Part shown: positions 44,686-52,648 of the stretch, piece by piece
Layout of the letters: each line of letters starts with the position of its first letter
Position numbering within the stretch: the first letter of the stretch is position 1
Position numbers and translations under genes: made by a program
The notes under the pieces: generated by a model
Databases searched by the model: none
Told to the model about the DNA's origin: nothing
What the model saw: the letters and a program-made list of their open reading frames with translations, nothing else
IMG/VR virus record: IMGVR_UViG_3300044630_000957
Location: 1 to 59,993 of that record
Length of the DNA stretch: 59,993 bases
Reading direction: 5' to 3' (one strand)
From: a virus
Taxonomy: Duplodnaviria; Caudoviricetes

Positions 44686-44703
44686 AGAAGTGGATAATTG
44701 ATA

Positions 44704-45288
44704 ATGGCTACACGTATTATGCTCAAGGGCATCACACTGGCGTTTCCGGCTCTGGCCGAACCGCAGGCATTTGGCGAAGGCGAACCAGCCTATGGTGCCA
44801 AGTTCCCGATCAAGCCAAACAGCGAACAGCAGAAGGCCATTGAGGCTGCCATGCTGGCCGAAGCCACAGAGGCATGGAAGGACAAGGCCGACAGCGTTTT
44901 GTCCATGCTGGCCGACGACGGCAAGGTCGCCTTCGCAAAGAAGGTGTACAAGTCGAAGAAGACTGGGGAAGCCTACCAAGGCTTTGAAGGCATGCACTAT
45001 CTGTCTGCCCGCAACGCCAAGACCCAGCCGACCGTGTTTAACGAATACGGCGACGAACTGAAGAGCAAGGGCGACATCGAAGCCAAGGCGTTCAGCGGTG
45101 CGTTGGTTAACGCTTCGGTCGAGATCTGGGCGCAGGACAACAAGTGGGGTCGGCGCATTAACTGCTCCCTGCGCGGTGTCATGCTGACAGGCGAAGGCGA
45201 AAACGTCGGCGGCGGCTCAAGCCCAGCGTCGGCGGATGAGTTCGCGACTTTGGCCAAAGCCAAGGCTGACGCGGACGATCTCCTGTGA
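44704..45288 (+). CDS. Single-stranded DNA-binding protein (DUF2815, T7 gp2.5-like)
   Basis: LAFPAL.EP, FSG..VNAS, INCSLRGVM...GE..GG and an acidic tail. Confidence 0.88.
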   Translation: MATRIMLKGITLAFPALAEPQAFGEGEPAYGAKFPIKPNSEQQKAIEAAMLAEATEAWKDKADSVLSMLADDGKVAFAKKVYKSKKTGEAYQGFEGMHYLSARNAKTQPTVFNEYGDELKSKGDIEAKAFSGALVNASVEIWAQDNKWGRRINCSLRGVMLTGEGENVGGGSSPASADEFATLAKAKADADDLL

Positions 45289-45539
45289 GCGACGTAGGAC
45301 ACAATAGCGCGGGCGATCCGCTCCGCCTTCTGATCGAGCGCATCGAGCGTCTCGAAGAGGAGAAGAAGGGCGTCGCGGAGGACATCAAGGACGTGTACAC
45401 CGAGGCTAAGGCCCGTGGGTATGTGCCGAAGATCATCCGCGAGATCGTCCGCATCCGCAAGATGTCGAAGGATGACAGGGACGAGCATTTCGCGATACTC
45501 GATACCTATGCTTCGGCTATTGGCTTAGACCTACTTTAG
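45285..45539 (+). CDS. gapR: GapR-like nucleoid-associated protein (DUF2312)
   Basis: LRLLIERIERLEEEKK..AEDIKDVY.EAK.RGY..K.IR.IV.IRK. Confidence 0.92.
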   Translation: MSDVGHNSAGDPLRLLIERIERLEEEKKGVAEDIKDVYTEAKARGYVPKIIREIVRIRKMSKDDRDEHFAILDTYASAIGLDLL

Positions 45540-45548
45540 GTCTATAGT
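45520..45548 (+). promoter_or_regulatory. Promoter with a perfect palindromic operator in its spacer
   Basis: TTGGCT-N17-TATAGT; TAGACCTA-CTT-TAGGTCTA at 45526-45544. Confidence 0.75.
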
Positions 45549-45551
45549 CAC

Positions 45552-45685
45552 GGTGTGCCTGCCCCACATCCACCCTTTGCGGGCGGGCACACCTTCTTTC
45601 TGGCGAGCCGCGCGCGGGTGCGGGTTGCTCCTGCGTTGCTGATAACCGAAGCGCGCGGCTCACCTGAAAGAAGGAGTTATCAGCA
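45552..45685 (+). ncRNA. Structured RNA (leader or sRNA) with a loop antisense to the early-mRNA leaders
   Basis: Hairpin 45552-45593 (13 bp); hairpin 45592-45615 / 45651-45674 (22 of 24 complementary); loop contains CTCCTGCGTTGCTGATA. Confidence 0.75.
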
Positions 45686-45978
45686 TGAAACTTACAATCC
45701 CACAAATCCGCGACTTGATTTCTGAACTGACCGATGAAGGCATAAAGTTGTCCCGTCGGCAGTATGAGATAAACTTGCGCATTAACGCTTTGATGCAGGA
45801 GACCTACCGTCGGACCTACAGCCGCGCGCCGGTCAAGAGCAAACGCATCACCAACGCTGTGCGTCTGTCGGTCTGGGCTATGGCAAAAGATAACCCAGAC
45901 GCATCGCATCAAGAGATCGCCGAAGCGCATAACATCAACATCGGTCGCGTCAGCGAGATCCTGCACGGCAAACGATGA
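45685..45978 (+). CDS. HTH DNA-binding protein
   Basis: C-terminal NPDASHQEIAEAHNINIGRVSEILHG HTH; AAGGAG RBS. Confidence 0.8.
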   Translation: MKLTIPQIRDLISELTDEGIKLSRRQYEINLRINALMQETYRRTYSRAPVKSKRITNAVRLSVWAMAKDNPDASHQEIAEAHNINIGRVSEILHGKR

Positions 45979-47939
45979 GCGTCCTGTACCTCGATTTGGA
46001 AACCTTCTGCACCGTCAACATCAGGCACGGCGCGTATCGTTATGCCGAAGAGGCAGAGGTGATGCTTGTCGCCATTGCGAAAGACAACGATCCGGTGGAC
46101 GTCTGGGACACGCAGGACATGCCGAACTGGCGTGAGGCGCTGCGTGAGGCAGTTGAGGCTGCCGACACCGTCGTGATCCACAACAGCAACTTCGATCGCA
46201 CCGTCCTGCGCGAGCAGGGCGTCAACATCCCCGTCGAGAAGATCGTTGACACGATGGTGATGGCGCTACAGCACAGCCTGCCGGGCTCTCTGGGCCAGCT
46301 CTGCGACGCGTTAAACGTGCCGCAGGATAAAGCTAAAGACAAAGCAGGCAAAAAGCTGATACACTTATTCACCAAGCCGTGCCCCAAGAATTGGAAACTA
46401 CGGCGCGCAACACGGGAGACGCACCCCAATGACTGGACAGCCTTCATCGAATACGCCCGACTTGATGTGGACGCGATGCGAGACATACATGGACGCCTGC
46501 CGCATTGGAACGATAGTGATTATGAACGAAACCTTTGGCGGGTCGACCAGAGAATTAATGACCGTGGTATCGCCGTCGACCTCGATTTCGCGCGATCCGC
46601 TCTCCGAGCTTTTGACCGAGCTTCAAGAACTCTGGCCTCTCGTGCAGCCCATCTGACTGGCGGCAGCGTCACCTCGGCCACGCAGCGTCAGCGGCTGCTT
46701 GACCACTTCAAGGACACTCTGGACTTCGAGCCCGAAGACCTGACGCGCGCCACGCTTGGCAACCTGCTCGGTGGGAAGCTCGACCCGAAGGTGCGCGAGT
46801 TGCTGGAGATCCGGCAGCAGGCCGCCGCAACGTCACCGGCTAAGTACACTGTGCTGCTCAACGGCGCGTCACGCGACGGTCGCCTGCGCGGCCTGATCCA
46901 GTTCTGCGGCGCGGCGCGCACTGGGCGTGATGCTGGGCGGCTGTTTCAGCCCCAGAACCTGCCCCGATCGCCCGACTGGTTCGACGACGTCGTACAGGAG
47001 ACGACCGTGGCCGCGTTTAAGGCGGACTGCGAAGACATCATCTGGGACAACGTCAGCGAGCGTTGCGCCTTCGGCGTGCGCGGCGCGCTGGTCGCGCCTG
47101 TTGGCAAGAAGCTGGTCATCGCCGATCTGTCGAACATCGAAGGTCGCGTGCTGGCGTGGCTGGCGAACGAAGAATGGAAGATCAAGGCTTTCAAGGCCTA
47201 TGACAGCGGCGACGGGCACGACCTGTACAAGGTGACCGCTGGACGCATCCTCGACAAAGATCCGAGCGACATCACGAAGACCGAGCGGCAGCTCCAAGGC
47301 AAGGTGCCTGAGCTCGCTGGGGGCTATCAGGGCGGCGTCGGCGCGTACCGGAAGATGGGCGGCGCAGTCTTTGACGCGATGACCGACGAGGCCATACAAG
47401 AGATCGTCACGGCGTGGCGCAAGGCGCACCCGCGCACGCGCAGCCTGTGGTACGACATGGAGGCGGCTGCCCGCGAGGCGATCAACAATCTGGGCGAGAG
47501 CTTCGGCGTGCGCGGCCTGATTACGTTCGACGTCAAGGCGGACACGCAGGGCATCGCGTGGCTGCGCATGCGGCTGCCGAGCGGTCGCTACCTGTGCTAC
47601 CCGTCCCCAGAGGTGTCGGAGAGCGGCACCATCACGCACGAGGGCATGAACCAATACACCCGCAAGTGGGAGCGCCTCGACACCTACGGCGGCAAGCTGA
47701 CAGAGAACGCGGTGCAGGCGATCGCCCGCGACGTGTTCATGTCTGGCATGCTGCGCGCCGAGATCGACGGCTTCAACGTCTGCATCCGCGTCCATGACGA
47801 GCTCGTGTGCGAGACGCCGGACAACCCGACCTACACGAGTGATGGTCTGGCCGCGCTCATGTCGACCAACCCAAGCTGGTCTGGGGGACTGCCCTTGTCG
47901 GCGGCTGGGTTTGAGACGAAGAGGTATAGGAAGGAATGA
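45975..47939 (+). CDS. polA: DNA polymerase family A with 3'-5' exonuclease
   Basis: LDLETF exo I, HNSNFDR exo II, ADLSNIEGRV motif A, R...K..EL..GY motif B, VHDE motif C. Confidence 0.95.
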   Translation: MSVLYLDLETFCTVNIRHGAYRYAEEAEVMLVAIAKDNDPVDVWDTQDMPNWREALREAVEAADTVVIHNSNFDRTVLREQGVNIPVEKIVDTMVMALQHSLPGSLGQLCDALNVPQDKAKDKAGKKLIHLFTKPCPKNWKLRRATRETHPNDWTAFIEYARLDVDAMRDIHGRLPHWNDSDYERNLWRVDQRINDRGIAVDLDFARSALRAFDRASRTLASRAAHLTGGSVTSATQRQRLLDHFKDTLDFEPEDLTRATLGNLLGGKLDPKVRELLEIRQQAAATSPAKYTVLLNGASRDGRLRGLIQFCGAARTGRDAGRLFQPQNLPRSPDWFDDVVQETTVAAFKADCEDIIWDNVSERCAFGVRGALVAPVGKKLVIADLSNIEGRVLAWLANEEWKIKAFKAYDSGDGHDLYKVTAGRILDKDPSDITKTERQLQGKVPELAGGYQGGVGAYRKMGGAVFDAMTDEAIQEIVTAWRKAHPRTRSLWYDMEAAAREAINNLGESFGVRGLITFDVKADTQGIAWLRMRLPSGRYLCYPSPEVSESGTITHEGMNQYTRKWERLDTYGGKLTENAVQAIARDVFMSGMLRAEIDGFNVCIRVHDELVCETPDNPTYTSDGLAALMSTNPSWSGGLPLSAAGFETKRYRKE

Positions 47940-48229
47940 CGCCCGCAGGACGCCTACAGGACCACCTCAAGCACGTCGTGCAGAAGAGTGGGGGTCAGTA
48001 CCGCAAGGTGCGCTGGGAGGGCCGTAGGGGCTGTCCAGACTGCTTTGTGTGGTGGACGTGGCCCAAGGCGGCCTTTATAGAGATCAAGGCGGACGCCGAT
48101 CGCGTCAGCGGGCACCAGCAGCGCGAGATCGAGCGCATGAGAAACGACGGTTTTCCGGTCTTTATCGCTCGGTCGATAGAAGAAATCGACGAAATAGTGA
48201 AAAAAGTGCAGAAGGGGGTTGCAACCTGA
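47936..48229 (+). CDS. VRR-NUC domain nuclease
   Basis: G.PD...FIEIK......S..Q pattern; follows the polymerase. Confidence 0.88.
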   Translation: MTPAGRLQDHLKHVVQKSGGQYRKVRWEGRRGCPDCFVWWTWPKAAFIEIKADADRVSGHQQREIERMRNDGFPVFIARSIEEIDEIVKKVQKGVAT

Positions 48230-48268
48230 CGTTGCATATGCCACTAGAGTGCATCAGCAACGAAGGAG
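48219..48268 (+). promoter_or_regulatory. Early promoter P4 with operator and leader
   Basis: TTGCAA; TGCAAC-CTGAC-GTTGCA; ATCAGCAACGAAGGAG; the -10 box is less clear. Confidence 0.8.
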
Positions 48269-48277
48269 TACAATACC

Positions 48278-48442
48278 ATGAAGACCACCGCATATATTTA
48301 TGAGCACATCGAAGGTTCCAACTGGCGTTTGATAGAAAAACGCACAGCCTCGCTTTGGTTGCTTCGCGCCTACGTTAAGGCGCTAACGAACCGCTATGAC
48401 GAGCCATACAAACTCGAAATCGTTTCAGGAGGCGCAGCATGA
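48278..48442 (+). CDS. Small protein (54 aa), not in the ORF track
   Basis: AAGGAG RBS; MKTTAYIYEHIEGSNWRLIEKR...SGGAA. Confidence 0.75.
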   Translation: MKTTAYIYEHIEGSNWRLIEKRTASLWLLRAYVKALTNRYDEPYKLEIVSGGAA

Positions 48443-48594
48443 AGACCAAGAAACGCACACAAGCAGAACTCAAAGCTATGGCATACAGCATAGCCGACGA
48501 AGTCGAGACCCGCGCCGAAGCAATCTGGCAACGCGCACCGAAGCTCACGTACGAGCAATGCCAGAGTTTGGCGCTATTGCAGATGTTGAAATGA
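48439..48594 (+). CDS. Small protein (51 aa), not in the ORF track
   Basis: AGGAGG RBS; ATGA coupling on both sides; MKTKKRTQAELKAMAY... Confidence 0.75.
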   Translation: MKTKKRTQAELKAMAYSIADEVETRAEAIWQRAPKLTYEQCQSLALLQMLK

Positions 48595-49949
48595 CCTTCA
48601 AGCCACACGACTATCAGGAAGAGGCCCTCGCGCACCTATACAAGGAGCGCAGGGCAGCCCTGTGGATGCCGATGGGCGGCGGGAAGACCGTAACCACCCT
48701 GACGGCTCTGGAGGCCCTGTCCGTGGTCGAGGAGGTCTATCCGGCCCTTGTGCTTGCCCCGCTGCGCGTTGCGCGCACGACGTGGCCTGACGAGGTCGAG
48801 AAGTGGCCTCACCTGTCGCACCTGCGCGTCAGCGCCATTACAGGGACGCCGAAGCAGCGTGAGCGTGCGTTGGCCAAGAAGGCCGACATCTACACGACCA
48901 ACTATGACAACCTTGTCTGGCTGCGCAAAGAGCTGGGCGACGCGTGGCCCTTCAAGACCGTGATTGCGGACGAGTTCACTCGGCTGAAGTCCTTCCGCTT
49001 GCGGCAGGGCGGATCTCGCGCCCGCGCCTTGGGCGAGGTGGCGCACACGCACGTCAGCCGCTTCATCGGTCTGACAGGCACGCCCGCGCCAAACGGCGTC
49101 AAGGATCTGTGGGGCCAGATCTGGTTCCTCGATCAGGGCGAGCGTCTGGGCCGCACATTCAGTGCCTTCGAGCAGCGCTGGTTCCGCAAGGGGTATGACG
49201 GCTACAGCCTCATGCCTTACGATCACACGCAGACCGAAGTGGAGGAGAGGCTCAAGGACATCTGCCTGACCGTGCGCGGTCTGCCAGTCGACGAGCCTAT
49301 TACCAACCCGATCTACGTTGAGATGCCGCCCATGGCGCGCAAGGTCTATGTCGATATGGAAACCGAGATGTTCGCCGTCCTGAACGACGAAGGCGTTGAG
49401 GCGGCCAACGCGGCTGTGCGGACGCAGAAGTGCTTGCAGCTCGCCAACGGCGCGATGTATATTGATGACGAGGGAAACTGGGAGGCGGTTCATGATGCCA
49501 AGCTGGACGCGCTGGATAGTATCATTGAGGAGGCTAACGGCGCGCCTGTGCTGGTGGCCTACAATTTCAAACACGACTTGGCCCGGCTACAGAAGCGTTA
49601 CCCTAAAGGCCGCGTCTTGGACACTGACCCTGACACGATCCGGCAGTGGAACCGAGGGGAAATTGAGTTACTATTCGCTCACCCTGCGTCGGCGGGACAC
49701 GGCCTCAACCTCGCGGACGGCGGCAACATCCTCGCGTTCTTCGGGGTCAACTGGAACTTAGAAGAGCACATGCAGATCATCGAGCGCATAGGGCCGATGC
49801 GGCAGAAGCAGGCGGGCTATGATCGCCCTGTCTTCATCTACCCGATCCTCGTCCGCAACACGGTCGACAACCTTGTTATGTACCGCCTCACGTCGAAGAA
49901 GAGCGTGCAGGAGGTTCTATTGGAAGCGTTAAAAAGGAAAAAGAAATGA
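48591..49949 (+). CDS. SNF2-family helicase
   Basis: Start MTFKPHDYQ; MGGGKT, IADEF, LTGTPAPN, SAGHGLNL and QIIERIG motifs. Confidence 0.92.
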   Translation: MTFKPHDYQEEALAHLYKERRAALWMPMGGGKTVTTLTALEALSVVEEVYPALVLAPLRVARTTWPDEVEKWPHLSHLRVSAITGTPKQRERALAKKADIYTTNYDNLVWLRKELGDAWPFKTVIADEFTRLKSFRLRQGGSRARALGEVAHTHVSRFIGLTGTPAPNGVKDLWGQIWFLDQGERLGRTFSAFEQRWFRKGYDGYSLMPYDHTQTEVEERLKDICLTVRGLPVDEPITNPIYVEMPPMARKVYVDMETEMFAVLNDEGVEAANAAVRTQKCLQLANGAMYIDDEGNWEAVHDAKLDALDSIIEEANGAPVLVAYNFKHDLARLQKRYPKGRVLDTDPDTIRQWNRGEIELLFAHPASAGHGLNLADGGNILAFFGVNWNLEEHMQIIERIGPMRQKQAGYDRPVFIYPILVRNTVDNLVMYRLTSKKSVQEVLLEALKRKKK

Positions 49950-50326
49950 GCAAGAGCTTTATATGCAGCACATGCAGCGTTGAGCACGACACGATGCCAA
50001 GGGCGGAGGCCTGCTTCCAGTCGCATGAGGAGGCGGCTAAGGTGCCAGAGCCGAAGGCCGCCGAGCTGCTGGGCCGCGCTGCGGCGCACATGCACAATCG
50101 AGCGTCGACCTATGACGAGCCAGAGGGCGAGCGGTCGATGGGTAAGATCGTGACGGCCTTCAACGCCATCACAGGGCGCGACCTGACCGAGAGCGAGGGC
50201 TGGATGTTCATGCAGCAGGTCAAGCTCGTGCGGCTGTTTACGCGCAGCGAGTACCACGCCGACAGCGCCGAGGATAACATAGCCTATGCCGCGTTGCTGG
50301 CCGAAGCGAAGGGAGACGGGCGTTGA
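49946..50326 (+). CDS. DUF6378-like protein with N-terminal CxxC
   Basis: R...YD.PEGERS...I...FN.ITG...GW.FM...KL.R...H.DS.ED..AYAAL. Confidence 0.7.
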   Translation: MSKSFICSTCSVEHDTMPRAEACFQSHEEAAKVPEPKAAELLGRAAAHMHNRASTYDEPEGERSMGKIVTAFNAITGRDLTESEGWMFMQQVKLVRLFTRSEYHADSAEDNIAYAALLAEAKGDGR

Positions 50327-50535
50327 TGCTTACCTTAATGGACCCCGAAAACTGCCCAGACACGGACATGTATCGCGAGCTGCTGTGGTTCGAGACCGTG
50401 TGCCGTATCAAGCGCATCAGGCGCACGACAGAAGAAGAGGTGCGTTCGTTCCTGCGGGACGAGCGGGGACGCCCCGACTTAGCCGAGGCGTTCTCTACTT
50501 CTTATCTTTTTCCAGAAGACCCTCAAGAAACCTGA
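50326..50535 (+). CDS. Hypothetical protein, last gene of the plus-strand arm
   Basis: GGAG RBS; TGATG overlap; converges on the last minus-strand gene. Confidence 0.6.
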   Translation: MLTLMDPENCPDTDMYRELLWFETVCRIKRIRRTTEEEVRSFLRDERGRPDLAEAFSTSYLFPEDPQET

Positions 50536-52633
50536 GCGTATCGTAGTCAAGGACGCCGCCTTGTGGCTTCATTTGCATGGCGCGCAAAGGTGACTTCGTG
50601 CCGGGCTGAACGCCTACAGGAAAGTCAAACGGGGTCTCGTAGTTAAGGGCCGCCATGACGTCGGGGGACAACCCAAGAGCGCCAATGTTTTCCTTCAGTC
50701 TCCCCACACCACGACCGGGGATCGAGTAATTGTAGGACGCGTGGGACGAGGGTGACGCGCCGAACCTTGGGTCGATGATGCCGACATTGCGGAGTGTTGT
50801 CAGCGGAGTGTTCATTTGGTCGAGGTCGGTTGCGGCGTAAACTGCCTCGCCGCCGCCAAGACCGCCGCGATTACGGTATTTGTCCATTACTGTGTTCAAA
50901 GCGCCGCGCGCCTTGCCGGTGACGGTCATGAACATCTCAGCGCTGTCGGGGTCTTCAAACCCACGCCAGTTTGGTAGGATGCTTTTAATTTCGGATGCAA
51001 GCGCATTGCGATCCGCGCCATCCAACGCCGCATCGGCGTAGCTGTATTGGATGCCGCGCGGCATGTGCGAAAACTTAACCGCGTTTGGCCCCATCGTCCA
51101 CGGCATGTACAGAACGTCTTTGCCTGTCATTTGCTGTAACTGATCCGCCAACTCTACATGCCGTTCGGCGGGGCCGCGCTCGGACGCCCAGACGGAGCCG
51201 GGGTTGTCGAACATGTAGTCTTGGCCCCCACGGCGACTGAACGGAACGCGGAACCTTACATCGTTGATCGCGGTAATGTCATCGCCCGCCGCCGCAAGGT
51301 CCGACATAGACGTGATGTACGGGTGGCCTTCGTAGTCGAATATGCTGACCTCTGGCGCGGGATCGGTAACACGCGGAGCCAGTTCTACTTTAAGGTCGGC
51401 AATCTTGCCCAGTTCGCCTTTACGGCTCTCTATGCGAGGGTCTACGGCCACATCCGCCGGGCGCACGGAGTAAGGACGAGGGGCTGGCATACTCGCGTTT
51501 GGAATGTCAGAGCCAGCTATGCCTTGCGCAGCCGCGCGCCACTCTGACAGCGGCGCGTCTGAAGGTATCATGCCTTCAAGCCTGCGAGCCACGTCGGAAC
51601 CGAACTCAAGCGCGACTTCGTGGATTGGGTTTGCGATGCCCTTAACAACGGGTTTTGCTTTGGGTGCCGTCTTTGTCTTGGCGGCAAACTTGTCCAGATA
51701 TGCTTGGTACATGTCTTGCCCGGTTTCCGCTATGGTGTGAACCTCGTGCGGGGCGGGCTTCCATCCCTCGGCGATTTTTTCTCCATAACCACTCATTTTA
51801 ACCTGCGCGCTTTTAGGGACGAGATAAACAACGTCATCCTTTCTGGGTAAGAAACGACTTTGCATAATATCCCGTGGTTCGCCGCCACGCCATACATTCA
51901 TCAAGTTCATGCCCGCGCCGGGTCTGAACCCTTCGGTTTTAATTTTTTCCGCGACTTCCCCGGCTTTTTTTCCACGATTGCGGAGATCGATGTGCTGCAA
52001 ATAGTTCCGCTCAAACTGCTTCTCAGTGAGAGGCTTTTCTGCCTTCGGCGTAACCGCCATTTCCGAGGTCTTCGCCGCACCTTTAATGGCTGTCTTCTCT
52101 GCGGCCTTAATCGCATTGCGGACAGCAACCCCTGCGGGCCGCCCAATGATAGGCAGCGCGGACAGCACGGCGGTTCCCGCCATCGCCTCCATCGCCTCTG
52201 CCTCGTCCTTGCGGCCCTGCGCGCGCAGCTTGCGCGCGGTCTCGCGGACGTCGCCGAAATCACGAATGCCTGCGGGTATAGATGCGATGGCGTCTTCGAT
52301 AAACGCGTTCGGGTTTTCCACAGCCGCGTCGATCGTGGATTTAGCGAGGCCCTTGACGTCACGCGCCACGCTTGAGGGCGACGACGACTTGATGTAGTTC
52401 ACCACGCGGCCCGGTATCGACGCAATCCCGCTGCCGAGTTTGTCTACGTTCGCCATTGCCGCTTCATTGGCGCGGCGTCTCTCGGCCTGCTTCGCCTCAA
52501 AGCGACGCTTCTGAGTTGCCTTCGGGCTTTGCTTGCGCACGGCAAGAGGTTTTGCCGACGGGTCAGGCACGACCACGTACCGACCCAACTCGTCGTCAAA
52601 TACTTCAAGCCCAAACGTGTCGCCAGCAGCCAT
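50495..52633 (-). CDS. Putative ejected / internal virion protein with globular C-terminal domains (712 aa)
   Basis: GAGGAG RBS; helical N-region, a hydrophobic segment, K/A-rich linkers separating domains; last gene of the ejection cluster. Confidence 0.7.
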   Translation of the reverse strand: MAAGDTFGLEVFDDELGRYVVVPDPSAKPLAVRKQSPKATQKRRFEAKQAERRRANEAAMANVDKLGSGIASIPGRVVNYIKSSSPSSVARDVKGLAKSTIDAAVENPNAFIEDAIASIPAGIRDFGDVRETARKLRAQGRKDEAEAMEAMAGTAVLSALPIIGRPAGVAVRNAIKAAEKTAIKGAAKTSEMAVTPKAEKPLTEKQFERNYLQHIDLRNRGKKAGEVAEKIKTEGFRPGAGMNLMNVWRGGEPRDIMQSRFLPRKDDVVYLVPKSAQVKMSGYGEKIAEGWKPAPHEVHTIAETGQDMYQAYLDKFAAKTKTAPKAKPVVKGIANPIHEVALEFGSDVARRLEGMIPSDAPLSEWRAAAQGIAGSDIPNASMPAPRPYSVRPADVAVDPRIESRKGELGKIADLKVELAPRVTDPAPEVSIFDYEGHPYITSMSDLAAAGDDITAINDVRFRVPFSRRGGQDYMFDNPGSVWASERGPAERHVELADQLQQMTGKDVLYMPWTMGPNAVKFSHMPRGIQYSYADAALDGADRNALASEIKSILPNWRGFEDPDSAEMFMTVTGKARGALNTVMDKYRNRGGLGGGEAVYAATDLDQMNTPLTTLRNVGIIDPRFGASPSSHASYNYSIPGRGVGRLKENIGALGLSPDVMAALNYETPFDFPVGVQPGTKSPLRAMQMKPQGGVLDYDTLRFLEGLLEKDKK

Positions 52634-52648
52634 TAACGTAAACTCCTC

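Noticed and set aside
45552-45674. tRNA or simple terminator
   Set aside because: No cloverleaf or T-loop consensus. The first hairpin with its pyrimidine run could attenuate, but that does not explain the 17-nt complementarity to the early leaders.
48396-48590. N-terminal extension of the SNF2 helicase in the ORF track
   Set aside because: The region is better explained by two small coupled ORFs with strong RBSs. Track starts at 37018, 37883, 8487, 12677, 22087 and 23861 were shortened for similar reasons.
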